From NCBI GenBank assembly GCA_963843845.1, contig CAWJMB010000002.1, forward strand, positions 1,856,001 through 1,920,000: a DNA stretch of 64,000 nt, in the 5' to 3' direction. The translations under genes and the position numbers were made by a program. Positions 1 through 10,273 of this stretch are shown one piece after another (the first letter of the stretch is position 1; every line of letters starts with the position of its first letter). The notes under the pieces are model-generated. The model was not told the origin of the DNA and did not search any database. It saw only the letters and a program-made list of their open reading frames with translations. This stretch comes from an uncultured Gemmatimonadaceae bacterium. GTDB taxonomy: Bacteria > Gemmatimonadota > Gemmatimonadetes > Gemmatimonadales > Gemmatimonadaceae.

Positions 1-1083
1 GTGGTCAAGCACACCGCCACCTCCGTTGTCACGATCGAGCGCTTCATCATCGAGCAGGAGCGCCAGTTCCCCGAGGCGACGGGCGAGCTGTCCGGCATTC
101 TCTACGACATCGCGCTCGCCGCGAAGATGATCGCCAACAAGGTGCGCAGCGCGGGCATCGCCGACATCCTCGGCGAGCACGGGACCGAGAACGTGCAGGG
201 CGAGACGCAGCAGAAGCTCGACGTGCTGTCGAACGAGATCATCGTGAAGGCGATGGACCACGGCGGCCGGCTCTGCGCGATGGCGTCCGAGGAAGAGCCG
301 CACATCATCCCGATCCCCGACGAATTCCGCTGCGGCAAGTACCTGCTGACGTTCGATCCGCTCGACGGCTCCTCGAACATCGACGTCAACGTGCCGGTCG
401 GAACGATCTTCTCCGTGCTGCGCAAGATCACGAACGGGCGCGCCGGGACGCTCGAGGATTTCCTGCAGCCGGGACGCCGTCAGGTCGCGGCGGGGTACAT
501 CATCTACGGGTCGAGCACGATGCTGGTCTACACGACGGGGCAGGGCGTGCACGGCTTCACGCTCGATCCGTCGATCGGCGAGTTCCTGCTCTCGCACCCC
601 AACATCACGATCCCGCCGACGGCGAAGTTCCTCTCGGTCAACGATTCGTACGAGCACTACTGGGACGAGGGCGTGAAGGCGCTCATGCGCCGCTACCGCG
701 GACTCGACGGCAAGCAGAAACCGCTCAACGTGCGCTACGTCGGGTCGCTCGTCGCCGACTTCCATCGCAACCTGCTCGCGGGCGGCGTGTTCGCGTATCC
801 GGCGAACACCAACAGCCCGAACGGAAAGCTGCGTCTGCTCTACGAGGCGAGCCCACTCGCGTTCATCGCGGAGCAGGCAGGGGGCGCGGCGTCGAACGGG
901 CACACCCGCATTCTCGACGTGCAGCCGGGAGAATTGCACGAGCGCACCCCGCTCTATCTCGGGAGCAAGGCGGAGGTGATGTGCGCGAACGAGATCCTCG
1001 CGCAACCGCTCGGCTCGGCGCCGGTCGGCGCGGCGCCGGTCGGCACGGGGCGGGGGGCGGAGGCGCTCAGCGGCGCGAGCTAG
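1..1083 (+). CDS. fbp: Class 1 fructose-1,6-bisphosphatase
   Basis: [25 protein letters not shown] and GKLRLLYE motifs; the GTG start lies at the window edge. Confidence 0.95.
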   Translation: MVKHTATSVVTIERFIIEQERQFPEATGELSGILYDIALAAKMIANKVRSAGIADILGEHGTENVQGETQQKLDVLSNEIIVKAMDHGGRLCAMASEEEPHIIPIPDEFRCGKYLLTFDPLDGSSNIDVNVPVGTIFSVLRKITNGRAGTLEDFLQPGRRQVAAGYIIYGSSTMLVYTTGQGVHGFTLDPSIGEFLLSHPNITIPPTAKFLSVNDSYEHYWDEGVKALMRRYRGLDGKQKPLNVRYVGSLVADFHRNLLAGGVFAYPANTNSPNGKLRLLYEASPLAFIAEQAGGAASNGHTRILDVQPGELHERTPLYLGSKAEVMCANEILAQPLGSAPVGAAPVGTGRGAEALSGAS

Positions 1084-1117
1084 TTCGTTCGCGCACTGGA
1101 CGAATGCGGTCGCCGGT

Positions 1118-1123
1118 TATCAT
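1118..1123 (+). promoter_or_regulatory. -10 box (TATCAT) 6 nt before the mcm start; putative leaderless promoter
   Basis: TATCAT-gctcgc-ATG, with no Shine-Dalgarno. Confidence 0.5.
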
Positions 1124-1129
1124 GCTCGC

Positions 1130-2725
1130 ATGACCGACGACCGCTTTTCGCCTTCGGGCATTCCGATCGCGCCGACCTACCGCCCCGACGACGCGCCACT
1201 CGACTACGCGCGCGACCTCGGCGACGCGGGGCGCTTTCCGTTCACGCGCGGCGTGCAGCCGACGATGTATCGCGGGCGGCTGTGGACGATGCGGCAGTAC
1301 GCCGGCTTCGGCACCGCGTCCGAGACGAACGCACGCTTCAAGCTGCTCCTCGCCGCCGGCCAGACCGGACTCTCGACGGCGTTCGACCTGCCGACGCAGA
1401 TGGGCATCGACTCCGACTCGCCCCGTGCGTTGGGAGAGGTCGGACGCGTCGGCGTCGCGATCGACACGGTCGAGGACATGCACGCGCTGCTCGCGGACCT
1501 GCCGCTCGAGCGTGTGTCGACGTCGATGACGATCAACGCGACGGCGTCGACGCTGCTCGCCATGTACGTCGTCGTCGCCGAGGAGCGCGGGATCGATCGC
1601 GCGACGCTCTCGGGAACGGTGCAGAACGACATCCTGAAGGAGTACATCGCGCGCGGGACGTACGTCTTTCCTCCGGTGCCCAGCCTCGCGCTCACCGCGG
1701 AGATGTTTCGCTTCTGCGCCGCCGAAGTGCCACAGTGGAATCCGATCTCGATCTCGGGCTACCACATCCGGGAGGCCGGGGCGACGGCGGTGCAGGAGCT
1801 GGCGTTCACGTTCGCGAACGGGCTCGAATACGTGAAGCAGGCGATCGACGCAGGACTCGCGGTCGACACCTTCGCGCCGCGGTTGTCGTTCTTCTTCGCC
1901 GCGCACAACGACCTGTTCGAGGAGGTCGCGAAGTTCCGCGCGGCGCGCCGTCTCTGGGCTCGGCTGATGCGCGAGCGATTCGGCGCGTCGGACGCGAGCG
2001 CGCGGCTCCGCTTCCACACGCAGACCGGCGGCGTGACGCTGCAGGCCCAGCAGCCGCTGAACAACGTCGTGCGCGTGACCGTGCAGGCGCTCGCCGCGGT
2101 GCTCGGCGGCACGCAGTCGCTTCACACGAACGGCTACGACGAAGCGCTCGCGCTGCCGACCGTCGACGCGGCGACGCTCGCGTTGCGCACGCAGCAGATC
2201 GTCGGTCACGAGAGCGGCGCCGCGCAGACGGTGGACCCGCTGGCCGGCAGCTACTACGTCGAGTCGCTCACGAACGCGATCGAGGAGCACGCGACGGCGC
2301 TGCTCGTGCAGGTCGACGAGATCGGCGGCGCGCCCGAGGCGATTGCCCGGGGCTTCTTCCAGGAGGAGATCGGGCGCAGCGCGTACGAGTACCAGCTCCG
2401 CGTCGAGCGCGGCGAGACCGTCGTCGTCGGCGTCAACCGCTTCGACGACGGGAGCGAGCCGCCGATCATCCCCACGCCGGACTTCTCGGCGCTGGAGCGG
2501 TCGCAGGTCGAGCGGCTCCGTGCGGTGCGCGAGGCGCGCGACGACGCACGCGTCCGCGAAACGTTAGGCACGCTGATCGACGCCGCGCGACCGTACGCGA
2601 CGGTGGGCGCGGCGCGTCCCGAGCTGATGCCGCGCGTGATCGACGCCGTGCGGGCCCGCGCCTCGGTGGGCGAGATCAGCGACGCACTGGCCGGCGTCTG
2701 GGGACGCTACACGCCGACGACGTGA
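1130..2725 (+). CDS. Methylmalonyl-CoA mutase family, substrate-binding (large) subunit of a split enzyme
   Basis: [42 protein letters not shown]; no C-terminal DxHxxG cobalamin-binding domain. Confidence 0.9.
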   Translation: MTDDRFSPSGIPIAPTYRPDDAPLDYARDLGDAGRFPFTRGVQPTMYRGRLWTMRQYAGFGTASETNARFKLLLAAGQTGLSTAFDLPTQMGIDSDSPRALGEVGRVGVAIDTVEDMHALLADLPLERVSTSMTINATASTLLAMYVVVAEERGIDRATLSGTVQNDILKEYIARGTYVFPPVPSLALTAEMFRFCAAEVPQWNPISISGYHIREAGATAVQELAFTFANGLEYVKQAIDAGLAVDTFAPRLSFFFAAHNDLFEEVAKFRAARRLWARLMRERFGASDASARLRFHTQTGGVTLQAQQPLNNVVRVTVQALAAVLGGTQSLHTNGYDEALALPTVDAATLALRTQQIVGHESGAAQTVDPLAGSYYVESLTNAIEEHATALLVQVDEIGGAPEAIARGFFQEEIGRSAYEYQLRVERGETVVVGVNRFDDGSEPPIIPTPDFSALERSQVERLRAVREARDDARVRETLGTLIDAARPYATVGAARPELMPRVIDAVRARASVGEISDALAGVWGRYTPTT

Positions 2726-2762
2726 CCGCGTCGCGGCGGACCCGTTCGGCCCGCCGGCGACC

Positions 2763-3025
2763 GTGAGCTCGGCCTCCCTGTTCAGCGACCGGCCGCGCGG
2801 TCGCCACGCGATGGCCGAGCACTTTCCGGCCGGGCGTCGGCTCGCCTACGACGCGGCGAAGGGGCCGCTGTGGGTGGTGTGCCGGGCGTGCGAGTGACGG
2901 ACCCTCCCCCCGCTCGCCGAACGGTGGGAGGCGACGGACGAGGGCGCGCGGCCGTGCGATCCTCGCCGAGCTGGAGGCCGCGTGGTGTCGCGCGGAGACG
3001 ATCGCGATGATCGCTCGCCTTGAAG
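2763..3025 (+). pseudogene. Decayed remnant of a Cys-containing hypothetical protein gene
   Basis: The frame from GTG 2763 reads ...EHFPAGRRLAYDAAKGPLWVVCRACE*RTLPPLAERWEA, with an in-frame TGA at 2895-2897, then a shifted frame reads ILAELEAAWCRAETIAMIA. Confidence 0.5.
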
Positions 3026-3048
3026 CGCCCATCGGCGCCGGGTATTCT
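3020..3048 (+). promoter_or_regulatory. sigma70-type promoter for FmdB-argS
   Basis: TTGAAG-17 nt-TATTCT. Confidence 0.55.
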
Positions 3049-3085
3049 ACGCCCTTCCGCCCGCTCCGGTTTAAGTCACGCCAGC

Positions 3086-3627
3086 ATGCCGACTTACGAG
3101 TTTCGCTGCACGAACGGCCACCGCTTCGACGAGTTCCACAAGATCAGCGACGCGCCGGCGACGGCCATCTGTCCGACCTGCCTGGAGGTCGGCGAACGCA
3201 TCATCTCCGGGGGCGCCGGCCTCGTCTTCAAGGGGAGCGGATTCTACCTCACCGACTACGGCAAGAACGCCCACCGCTCGAGCGGGCCTGCGGCGAAGTC
3301 GGGCGAGTCGGGCGGCGGGGGTGAGAGCGGCGGCTCGTCGAGCGGCGGCGACAGCGGCGCGTCGAGCGCCTCGACGGGCGCCGGCGCGGGGGGGGATCGG
3401 GCCCGTCGACGGGGAGTCCGGCGAGCGGCTCGACGAGCGCTGCACCGGGCAGCCATGGCGGCTCGTCGGGTACCGGCAAGGGCGGTGCCGGCGGCAGCTC
3501 CGGCAGCGGCGGCAGCTCCGGCAGCGGCGGCGGCTCGGGAAGCGGCGGCGGGTCGGCCGGCGGCAGCGGCTCCGGGGGGTCGGGGAGCTCGGGGGCCTCG
3601 GGGAGCTCCGGCGGCGCAAGAGAATGA
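3086..3627 (+). CDS. FmdB-family zinc-ribbon protein with a long Gly/Ser tail (apparent frameshift in the G-run near 3387-3395)
   Basis: MPTYEFRCTNGHRF...CPTC...GLVFKGSGFYLTDY; the GGS-repeat frame ends at TGA 3625-3627, overlapping the argS ATG. Confidence 0.8.
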
Positions 3628-5381
3628 TCGCGTCGGACCGGATTCGCGCCGAGCTCGTTCGCGCCGCCCAGGCGCTCGGCGTCGCCGACGTCGACCCGAT
3701 CCTCGAGCGGCCGCGTGACCCGTCGTTCGGCGACTGGACGACGAACCTCGCGATGACGCTCGCGCGGGCGCTCAAGCGCCCGCCGCGCGACATCGCGCAG
3801 GCGCTGTTGGGGGCCATGGACCTCCCCGGCGCCGGTGTCGCGTCGGCCGACGTCGCGGGCGCGGGCTTCATCAACTTCCGCCTCGATCCCTCGCTCGTCG
3901 CGCGCGCCATCGCGCCGATCCTCGAGCGCGATGCCGAGTTCGGGCGCGACCACGCGTGGACGGGCGAGCGTGTGGTCGTCGAGTTCGTGAGCGCCAATCC
4001 GACCGGTCCGCTCCACGTCGGCCACGGGCGTCAGGCGGCGCTGGGCGACGCGATCGCGACGCTGCTCGACTGGACGGGGTGGAGCGTCTCGCGCGAGTTC
4101 TACTACAACGACTCCGGCGCGCAGATCGAGAACCTGGCGAAGAGCACGTGGGTTCGCGTGGCCGAGCGCGCCGGGATCGACGCCGCGATTCCCGACGGCG
4201 GGTACAACGGCGAGTACATCAGGGACATCGCCGAATCGTTCGTCGCGGCTGGAGGAATGCCTGGCACCGACGCGCTACGCGCCGGCGTCGCGTCGATCGC
4301 CGCCGGCCAGGTGCCGGGCGACGCCGATCTGTTCGACGCGATGCAGGCGCACGCCGTCGCAGCCCTGCGCGGCGAGCAGAACCTCGACCTCGCGGCGTTC
4401 GGCGTCGGCTTCGACACGTTCTACCTCGAGTCATCGCTCTATGCGCCCGGGTCGGCCGCGGACGCGATGCCGATGAGAGCCGGCGACGAGACGCGCCGGA
4501 TGACGGCGGTCGACGCCACCGTCGACGCCCTCGTCCGCGCCGGCGCGACCTACGAGGAAGACGGCGCCCTCTTTCTCCGCACGACCGCGTACGGCGACGA
4601 CAAGGATCGGGTGATGCGGCGCAGCGCCGCGAAGGGCGGCACGTACACGTACTTCGTGCCGGACGTCGCGTACCACGTGACCAAGTGGCAGCGGGGCTTC
4701 CCGCGCGCGATCAATGTGCAGGGAAGCGATCATCACGGCACGACCGCCCGCGTCCGCGCCGGTCTGCAGGCGATGGCGATGGGCATCCCGCCGGGCTACC
4801 CCGAGTACGTGCTGCACCAGATGGTGACGGTCACGCGAGACGGCGAAGAGGTGAAGATCTCGAAGCGCGCCGGGAGCTACGTCACGGTGCGCGACCTCAT
4901 CGACTGGGTCGGGCGCGACGGGGTGCGCTACTTCTACCTGCAGCGCAAAGGCGACTCGCACCTCGTGTTCGACGTCGACCTCGCGCGGTCGCAGAGCGAG
5001 GAGAACCCGATCTACCGCATCCAGATGGCGCATGCGCGGATGAGCGGCATCTTTCGCCAGGCCGGCGTCGACCCGACGTCGACGGACTGGTCGGCGGTTG
5101 ACTTCGCACCACTCGCCGAGCCGGCCGAGCAGGAGCTGATCAACGCCCTCGCCGACTTCCCGCGCGTCGTCTCGCAGGCCGCGGAGGCACTCGAGCCGCA
5201 TCGCGTCGCGTCGTATCTGCTGGAGACCGCGGGCCTCGCCCACGGCTGGTACCACAAGCACCACGTGCTCGGCCAGGAGGCCCCGCTCATGACGGCGCGC
5301 CTCGCGCTCGCTCGGGCGACGCAGATCGTGCTGCGGAACGGCCTCACGATCCTCGGCATCTCGGCGCCGGAGCGGATGTAG
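3624..5381 (+). CDS. argS: Arginine--tRNA ligase
   Basis: VEFVSANPTGPLHVGH (HIGH), KISKRAG (KMSK-like), C-terminal GISAPERM. Confidence 0.95.
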   Translation: MIASDRIRAELVRAAQALGVADVDPILERPRDPSFGDWTTNLAMTLARALKRPPRDIAQALLGAMDLPGAGVASADVAGAGFINFRLDPSLVARAIAPILERDAEFGRDHAWTGERVVVEFVSANPTGPLHVGHGRQAALGDAIATLLDWTGWSVSREFYYNDSGAQIENLAKSTWVRVAERAGIDAAIPDGGYNGEYIRDIAESFVAAGGMPGTDALRAGVASIAAGQVPGDADLFDAMQAHAVAALRGEQNLDLAAFGVGFDTFYLESSLYAPGSAADAMPMRAGDETRRMTAVDATVDALVRAGATYEEDGALFLRTTAYGDDKDRVMRRSAAKGGTYTYFVPDVAYHVTKWQRGFPRAINVQGSDHHGTTARVRAGLQAMAMGIPPGYPEYVLHQMVTVTRDGEEVKISKRAGSYVTVRDLIDWVGRDGVRYFYLQRKGDSHLVFDVDLARSQSEENPIYRIQMAHARMSGIFRQAGVDPTSTDWSAVDFAPLAEPAEQELINALADFPRVVSQAAEALEPHRVASYLLETAGLAHGWYHKHHVLGQEAPLMTARLALARATQIVLRNGLTILGISAPERM

Positions 5382-5384
5382 GCA

Positions 5385-5500
5385 GGGGACGCGGGATGCG
5401 GGAGTCCGTCGTCGGGCGGCCCAGCGTGCCCGCGTCCAGCGTCCAGCGTCACCGCGCCCCGCGTCCCGGCAGTCCAGATCTCCGATCTCCGATCCCCGGA
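5385..5500. repeat. Intergenic heptamer tandem repeats with inverted arms
   Basis: Units ccagcgt/cccgcgt at 5421-5467 and tccgatc-like units at 5474-5500; the upstream arm ggggacgcgggatgcggga is complementary to them. Confidence 0.6.
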
Positions 5501-5511
5501 TTCTCACTCTC

Positions 5512-6461
5512 ATGTCCGTTCTCGTCGTAGGCTCGGTCGCGCTCGACTCGGTGGAGACGCCGTTCGGCAAGGCCGACAACGTGTTGGGCGGGTCGGGAAC
5601 GTTCTTCTCGGCGTCCGCGAGCCACCTCACGCCAGTGCAGCTCGTCGGCGTCGTCGGGAACGACTACCCCCTCGATCAGCTGCAGCCGCTGGCCGCGCGC
5701 GGGGTCGACCTCTCCGGCGTCGAGACGGCGGACGGCCCGTCCTTCCGCTGGCGCGGCCGCTATCGCCACGACCTCAACTCCGCCGAGACCCTCGAGACGC
5801 ACCTCGGCGTCTTCTCGCACTTCGCGCCGAAGATTCCGGACGCGTTCCGCGACGCGCCGTTCGTGTTCCTCGCGAACATCGATCCACGCCTCCAGCTCGG
5901 CGTGCTGGAGCAGGTGTCGCGGCCGAAGCTCGTCGCGTGCGACACGATGAACTTCTGGATCGAGAGTCGCCGCCCTGAACTGCTGCAACTGTTCTCGAAG
6001 GTGGACATGGTGTTGCTGAACGACGGCGAGGCGCGCCAGCTCACCGAGCAGACGAACCTCGTGCACGCGGCGCGATGGCTGCTCGACCGCGGTCCCAAAT
6101 ACGTCATCATCAAGAAGGGCGAGCACGGCGCGTTTCTGTTCAGCCGGGACTCGATCTTCTTCGCGCCGGCATATCCCCTGGAGAGCGTGTTCGACCCGAC
6201 TGGTGCCGGCGATTCGTTCGCCGGCGGCTTCATCGGCTATCTCGCTCGCAGCAACGACGCTCGACGAGGCGAACGATGCGTCGCGCCGTGATCTACGGAT
6301 CGGCGATGGGTTCGTTCGCGGTCGAACAGTTCTCGATCGGCCGGCTGCTGGAGATCACGCGCGCCGACATCGATCGTCGCGTGCACGAGTTCCGGAAGCT
6401 CGTGTCGTTCGACATCGAGATGGCTGACGCGATGCCGAGCGATTCGGCTGCGGCGCAGTGA
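5512..6461 (+). CDS. PfkB-family carbohydrate/nucleoside kinase (frameshift near 6260)
   Basis: VVGSVALDSVETPFG, GGSG, DPTGAGDSFAGGF; the C-terminus (MRRAVIYGSAMGSFAVEQF) continues in ORF 6075..6461. Confidence 0.85.
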
Positions 6462-7487
6462 GCGCGACGCCGCTCGACTACCGCGCGGCCGGGGTCGACC
6501 TCGACGCGGCGGACGCGGCCAAGTGGCGCCTCAAGCGGCTCGTCGAGAGCACGATGACGGCGGGCGCGCGCGGCGCCTTCGGCGGCTTCGGCGGGATGTT
6601 CCGAGTGCCCGGAGGCATGCGCGCGCCGCTGCTCGTCGCGAGCGCGGACGGCGTCGGGACGAAAGTCAAAGTCGCGGTCGAGGCGGGGCGATTCGACACG
6701 GTCGGTCACGACCTCGTGAACCACTGCGTCAACGACGTGCTCGTGCAGGGCGCTCGCCCGCTGTTCTTCCTCGACTACGTCGCGTTCGGGAAGCTCGTTC
6801 CCGACGTCGTCGAGGCGATCGTCGCGGGCGTCGCGGCCGGATGTCGCGAGAACGGGTGCGCGCTCATCGGAGGCGAGACGGCGGAGATGCCTGGCGTCTA
6901 CACGCCCCCCGACTTCGATCTCGCGGGCTTCATCGTCGGCTGCGTCGAGGAGGACGCGGTGCTCGGCGCCGACCGCGTTCGCCGTGGCGATACCGTCGTC
7001 GGGCTCGAGAGCTCCGGGCTGCACACGAACGGCTACTCGCTCGCCCGTCGCATCGTGGCCGACCGGCTGCGCCTCGGACCGGCACGATCCCTTCCCGGAG
7101 AGCGACGGCACGGTCGCGGACGCACTGCTCGCCGTGCACCGCTCCTACCTCGCCGCCCTCGGTCCGGTGCTCGACCGGGTGCACGCGCTGGCGCACATCA
7201 CGGGCGGCGGGGTGCCCGGGAACCTGGACCGCGTGCTGCCGCCGGACTGCGACGCGGTGATCGACACGACCAGTTGGACCGTCCCGCCGCTGTTCCGCGT
7301 GCTCGAGGACGCAGGCGGCGTGGCGCGCGACGAGATGTATCGAACGTTCAACATGGGCGTCGGTATGACGGTCATCACGGACCCCGCCGACGCGGACGGG
7401 GTGATCGACGCCGCGGCGCGCGCGGGAGTGCGGGCGTGGCCCGTGGGACGCATCCGACAGGGGAGTGGACGTGTCCAACTCGACTGA
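6458..7487 (+). CDS. purM: Phosphoribosylformylglycinamidine cyclo-ligase (AIR synthase), frameshift near 7080
   Basis: DYRAAGVD, DGVGTK, GGETAEMPG, SSGLHTNGYSL; then AHITGGG and EMYRTFNMGVG in the second frame. Confidence 0.93.
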
Positions 7488-7521
7488 CCTCAGCCACATG
7501 ACGCCCAACGCAGGAGTCTCG

Positions 7522-8544
7522 ATGCAACACCGCTCGCTCGCTCGCCGCGCCACGCCGTTGCTCGCTGCCGTCACGACGCTCGCCGCCGCCACGGTGCACG
7601 CGCAGGGTGCGGTTTCCAGCCAGTGCGCGTCGCAACTCTTCGTCGCGGTCGACGCGTGTCAGAAGGCGGTCGACCTGTTCAACTTCATGGCTCCGCAGCT
7701 CGGCACGTCGATCACCGGCGGCAACGCCGTCATCGGCAGCGCCGGCACGCTCGGCGGGCTGGGCCACTTCAGCTTCGGAGTACGCGCGAACATCCTGCAG
7801 GGGCAGCTCCCGCAGACCGACGACGTCACGCTCAGCGTCACCAGCGCGCAGCGCAGCGACTTCGCGCCGAAGCGGCAGCTCCTCGGGCTTCCGACGGCCG
7901 AGGCCGCCGTGGGGATCTTCCCGGGCGTCAACGTCGGGGCGACGAACGTCGGCGGCATCGACGCACTCGTCAGCGCGTTCTACGTGCCCGACATCGAGGA
8001 GGACCCGGTGAGCGTGCGCGTGACCGACGGCCACCTGCGGATCGGCTACGGCGTGCGACTCGGCATCGTGCAGGAGACGGCGTTCGTTCCCGGCATCTCG
8101 GTCTCGTATCTGCGTCGGGATCTGCCGAAGGTCGACCTCCGCGCGCGCATCGGGACGGCCGATTCGGTTCGCGTCACCGATCTCGAGGCGAAGACGACGG
8201 TGTGGCGCCTGGCCGCGAGCAAGCGGTTCACGATCCTCGGTCTCACCGCCGGCGTCGGCCAGGACCGGTACGATTCGCAGGCGAACACGGGGGCCTATGT
8301 CGCGCCGCGTCAGGTCGGCCCGGTGTCCGTCAGCTACAACGGCACGGTCGCCGGCGTCTCGCAGAAGCTCACGCGCACGAACTACTTCGGCGGCGCGATG
8401 CTCGCACTCCCCGGCCTCCGCGTCGCGGCCGAGATCGGGCAGGTGACGGGGGGCGACGTCGTGACGCCGTTCAACTCGTTCGGCGACCGCAAGGCGAACG
8501 ATACGTACACGTACGGCTCGCTCGGGCTGCGCGTCGCCTTCTGA
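7522..8544 (+). CDS. Secreted hypothetical protein, probable outer-membrane beta-barrel
   Basis: RBS aggag; signal peptide ending VHA-Q; alternating beta-strand pattern; C-terminal YGSLGLRVAF ending in Phe. Confidence 0.7.
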   Translation: MQHRSLARRATPLLAAVTTLAAATVHAQGAVSSQCASQLFVAVDACQKAVDLFNFMAPQLGTSITGGNAVIGSAGTLGGLGHFSFGVRANILQGQLPQTDDVTLSVTSAQRSDFAPKRQLLGLPTAEAAVGIFPGVNVGATNVGGIDALVSAFYVPDIEEDPVSVRVTDGHLRIGYGVRLGIVQETAFVPGISVSYLRRDLPKVDLRARIGTADSVRVTDLEAKTTVWRLAASKRFTILGLTAGVGQDRYDSQANTGAYVAPRQVGPVSVSYNGTVAGVSQKLTRTNYFGGAMLALPGLRVAAEIGQVTGGDVVTPFNSFGDRKANDTYTYGSLGLRVAF

Positions 8545-9662
8545 TGCGCGGCGTGCGCGACGCGGCGGCGTCCGCGTCGCAGCGCGACGCCGCATTCATG
8601 CGCCGCGCGCTGCGGCTCGCGCGCCGCGGTTGGGGATCGACGGCGCCGAACCCGATGGTCGGCGCCGTCATCGTCCGCGACGGCGAGGTCGTCGGCGAGG
8701 GGTGGCACGCGCGGCACGGCGGGCCGCACGCCGAGGTCGTCGCGTTAGGCGTCGCCGGTGAACGCGCCCGGGGCGCGACCGCGTACGTGTCGCTCGAGCC
8801 GTGCAACCACCACGGCAAGACGCCGCCGTGCAGCGAGGCGCTCATCGCCGCCGGCGTGCGGCGCGTCGTCGTCGCCGTCGCCGATCCGAGCGAGGTCGCG
8901 GCAGGCGGCGCCGCCCGCTTGCGAGCGGCCGGCATCGACGTGCAGGTCGGCGTCGAAGCCGAGGCAGCTCGCGAGGTGAACGCGCCGTTCTTCTTCGCGC
9001 AGCGCGCGGGGCGGCCCTGGGTCACGCTGAAACTCGCGCTGTCGATCGACGGTGGCATCGCGGATCACACACGCGAACAGGGGTGGCTCACGGGTCGGCG
9101 CGCGCGCCGCGAGGTGCACCGCCTGCGCGCGAACAGCGACGCGATCGCGGTCGGCATCGGGACGGCGCTCGCCGACGATCCGGCGCTCACCGTGCGCGAC
9201 GTCGGCGCGCCGCGCGTGCCGCCGCTCCGCCTCGTGTTCGATCGCGATGCGCGCCTGCCGCTCACCTCGCGCCTCGTGCAGACGCTGAGCGAGGGACCCG
9301 TGATCGTCGTCTGCGCGAGTGCGTCGTCTCCGTCCGCCGTCGGACTCGCGAACGCGGGGGTTCGGATCGTCGCCGAGCGTTCGCTCGATGCCGCGCTGAC
9401 GACGCTCCGCGCCGAGCACGGCGTCCGCGCCCTGCTCGTCGAGGGCGGCGCCGGGCTCGCGAGCGCGCTCTGGGGCGCCGCCCTCGTGGACCGGCTGATT
9501 ACCTTTCAGGCGCCGCTCATCCTCGGCCGCGGCGCGCTCCGGGCCTTCGGCAGCGCGCCGGCCGAGCGCGCTGCAGACGCGCGGAGACTGCGGATCATCG
9601 AGCGCCGCGCGCTCGGCGCCGATGCCATGAGCGTTTACGAGGTTCACGCACTGGAGTCCTGA
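8544..9662 (+). CDS. ribD: Bifunctional riboflavin deaminase/reductase
   Basis: PNPMVGAV, HAE, LEPCNHHGKTPPC, LLVEGG. Confidence 0.93.
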   Translation: MRGVRDAAASASQRDAAFMRRALRLARRGWGSTAPNPMVGAVIVRDGEVVGEGWHARHGGPHAEVVALGVAGERARGATAYVSLEPCNHHGKTPPCSEALIAAGVRRVVVAVADPSEVAAGGAARLRAAGIDVQVGVEAEAAREVNAPFFFAQRAGRPWVTLKLALSIDGGIADHTREQGWLTGRRARREVHRLRANSDAIAVGIGTALADDPALTVRDVGAPRVPPLRLVFDRDARLPLTSRLVQTLSEGPVIVVCASASSPSAVGLANAGVRIVAERSLDAALTTLRAEHGVRALLVEGGAGLASALWGAALVDRLITFQAPLILGRGALRAFGSAPAERAADARRLRIIERRALGADAMSVYEVHALES

Positions 9663-9667
9663 GGCAC

Positions 9668-10267
9668 GTGTTCACGGGGTTGGTCGACGACGTCGGACGG
9701 ATCGAGCAGGTCACCACGACCGAAGCGGGGCGCGAGCTGCGGATCCGCTGCCGCTACGACGATCTCGCAGCCGGCGAGAGCATCGCGTGCGACGGCGTCT
9801 GCCTCACGGTGCGCGAGTTCGGCACGGGCTGGTTCACCGTGGCCGCCGCGTTCATGACGCTGGCGCGCACGACGTTGAACGGGTGGCAGGTCGGCCGGCC
9901 CGTGAACCTGGAGCGCGCGCTGCGGCTGGGCGACCGGCTCGGTGGGCACATGGTGCAGGGGCACGTCGATGCGGTCGGATCCGTCGTCGCCGCGCGCGTG
10001 CACGACGATGCGTGGCTCATCGACGTCGCGGTGCCCGACGAGATCGACGAGCTCCTCGTGCCACACGGCTCGATCACGCTCGACGGCGTCAGTCTCACGG
10101 TGAACGCGCTCCCCGACCGGGGCATCGTGCAAGTCTCGATCATCGAGTACACGCGCCGCCACACGACGTTAGGCGGCTACGAACCAGGGCGACGCGTCAA
10201 CCTCGAAGGAGACGTCGTCGGCAAGTATGTGCGGCGGCTCGCGTCGCCGCATCTCGCGAACAGGTAA
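9668..10267 (+). CDS. ribE: Riboflavin synthase (alpha chain)
   Basis: MFTGLV start, [29 protein letters not shown]. Confidence 0.93.
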   Translation: MFTGLVDDVGRIEQVTTTEAGRELRIRCRYDDLAAGESIACDGVCLTVREFGTGWFTVAAAFMTLARTTLNGWQVGRPVNLERALRLGDRLGGHMVQGHVDAVGSVVAARVHDDAWLIDVAVPDEIDELLVPHGSITLDGVSLTVNALPDRGIVQVSIIEYTRRHTTLGGYEPGRRVNLEGDVVGKYVRRLASPHLANR

Positions 10268-10273
10268 GCCGTC

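Noticed and set aside
1130..2725. Isobutyryl-CoA or 2-hydroxyisobutyryl-CoA mutase
   Set aside because: Specificity positions are Tyr (RQYAGF) and Arg (YIARGT), as in dicarboxyl-CoA (methylmalonyl-type) mutases
8500..8560. FMN riboswitch before ribD
   Set aside because: ribD overlaps the upstream stop codon; no leader space and no RFN motif
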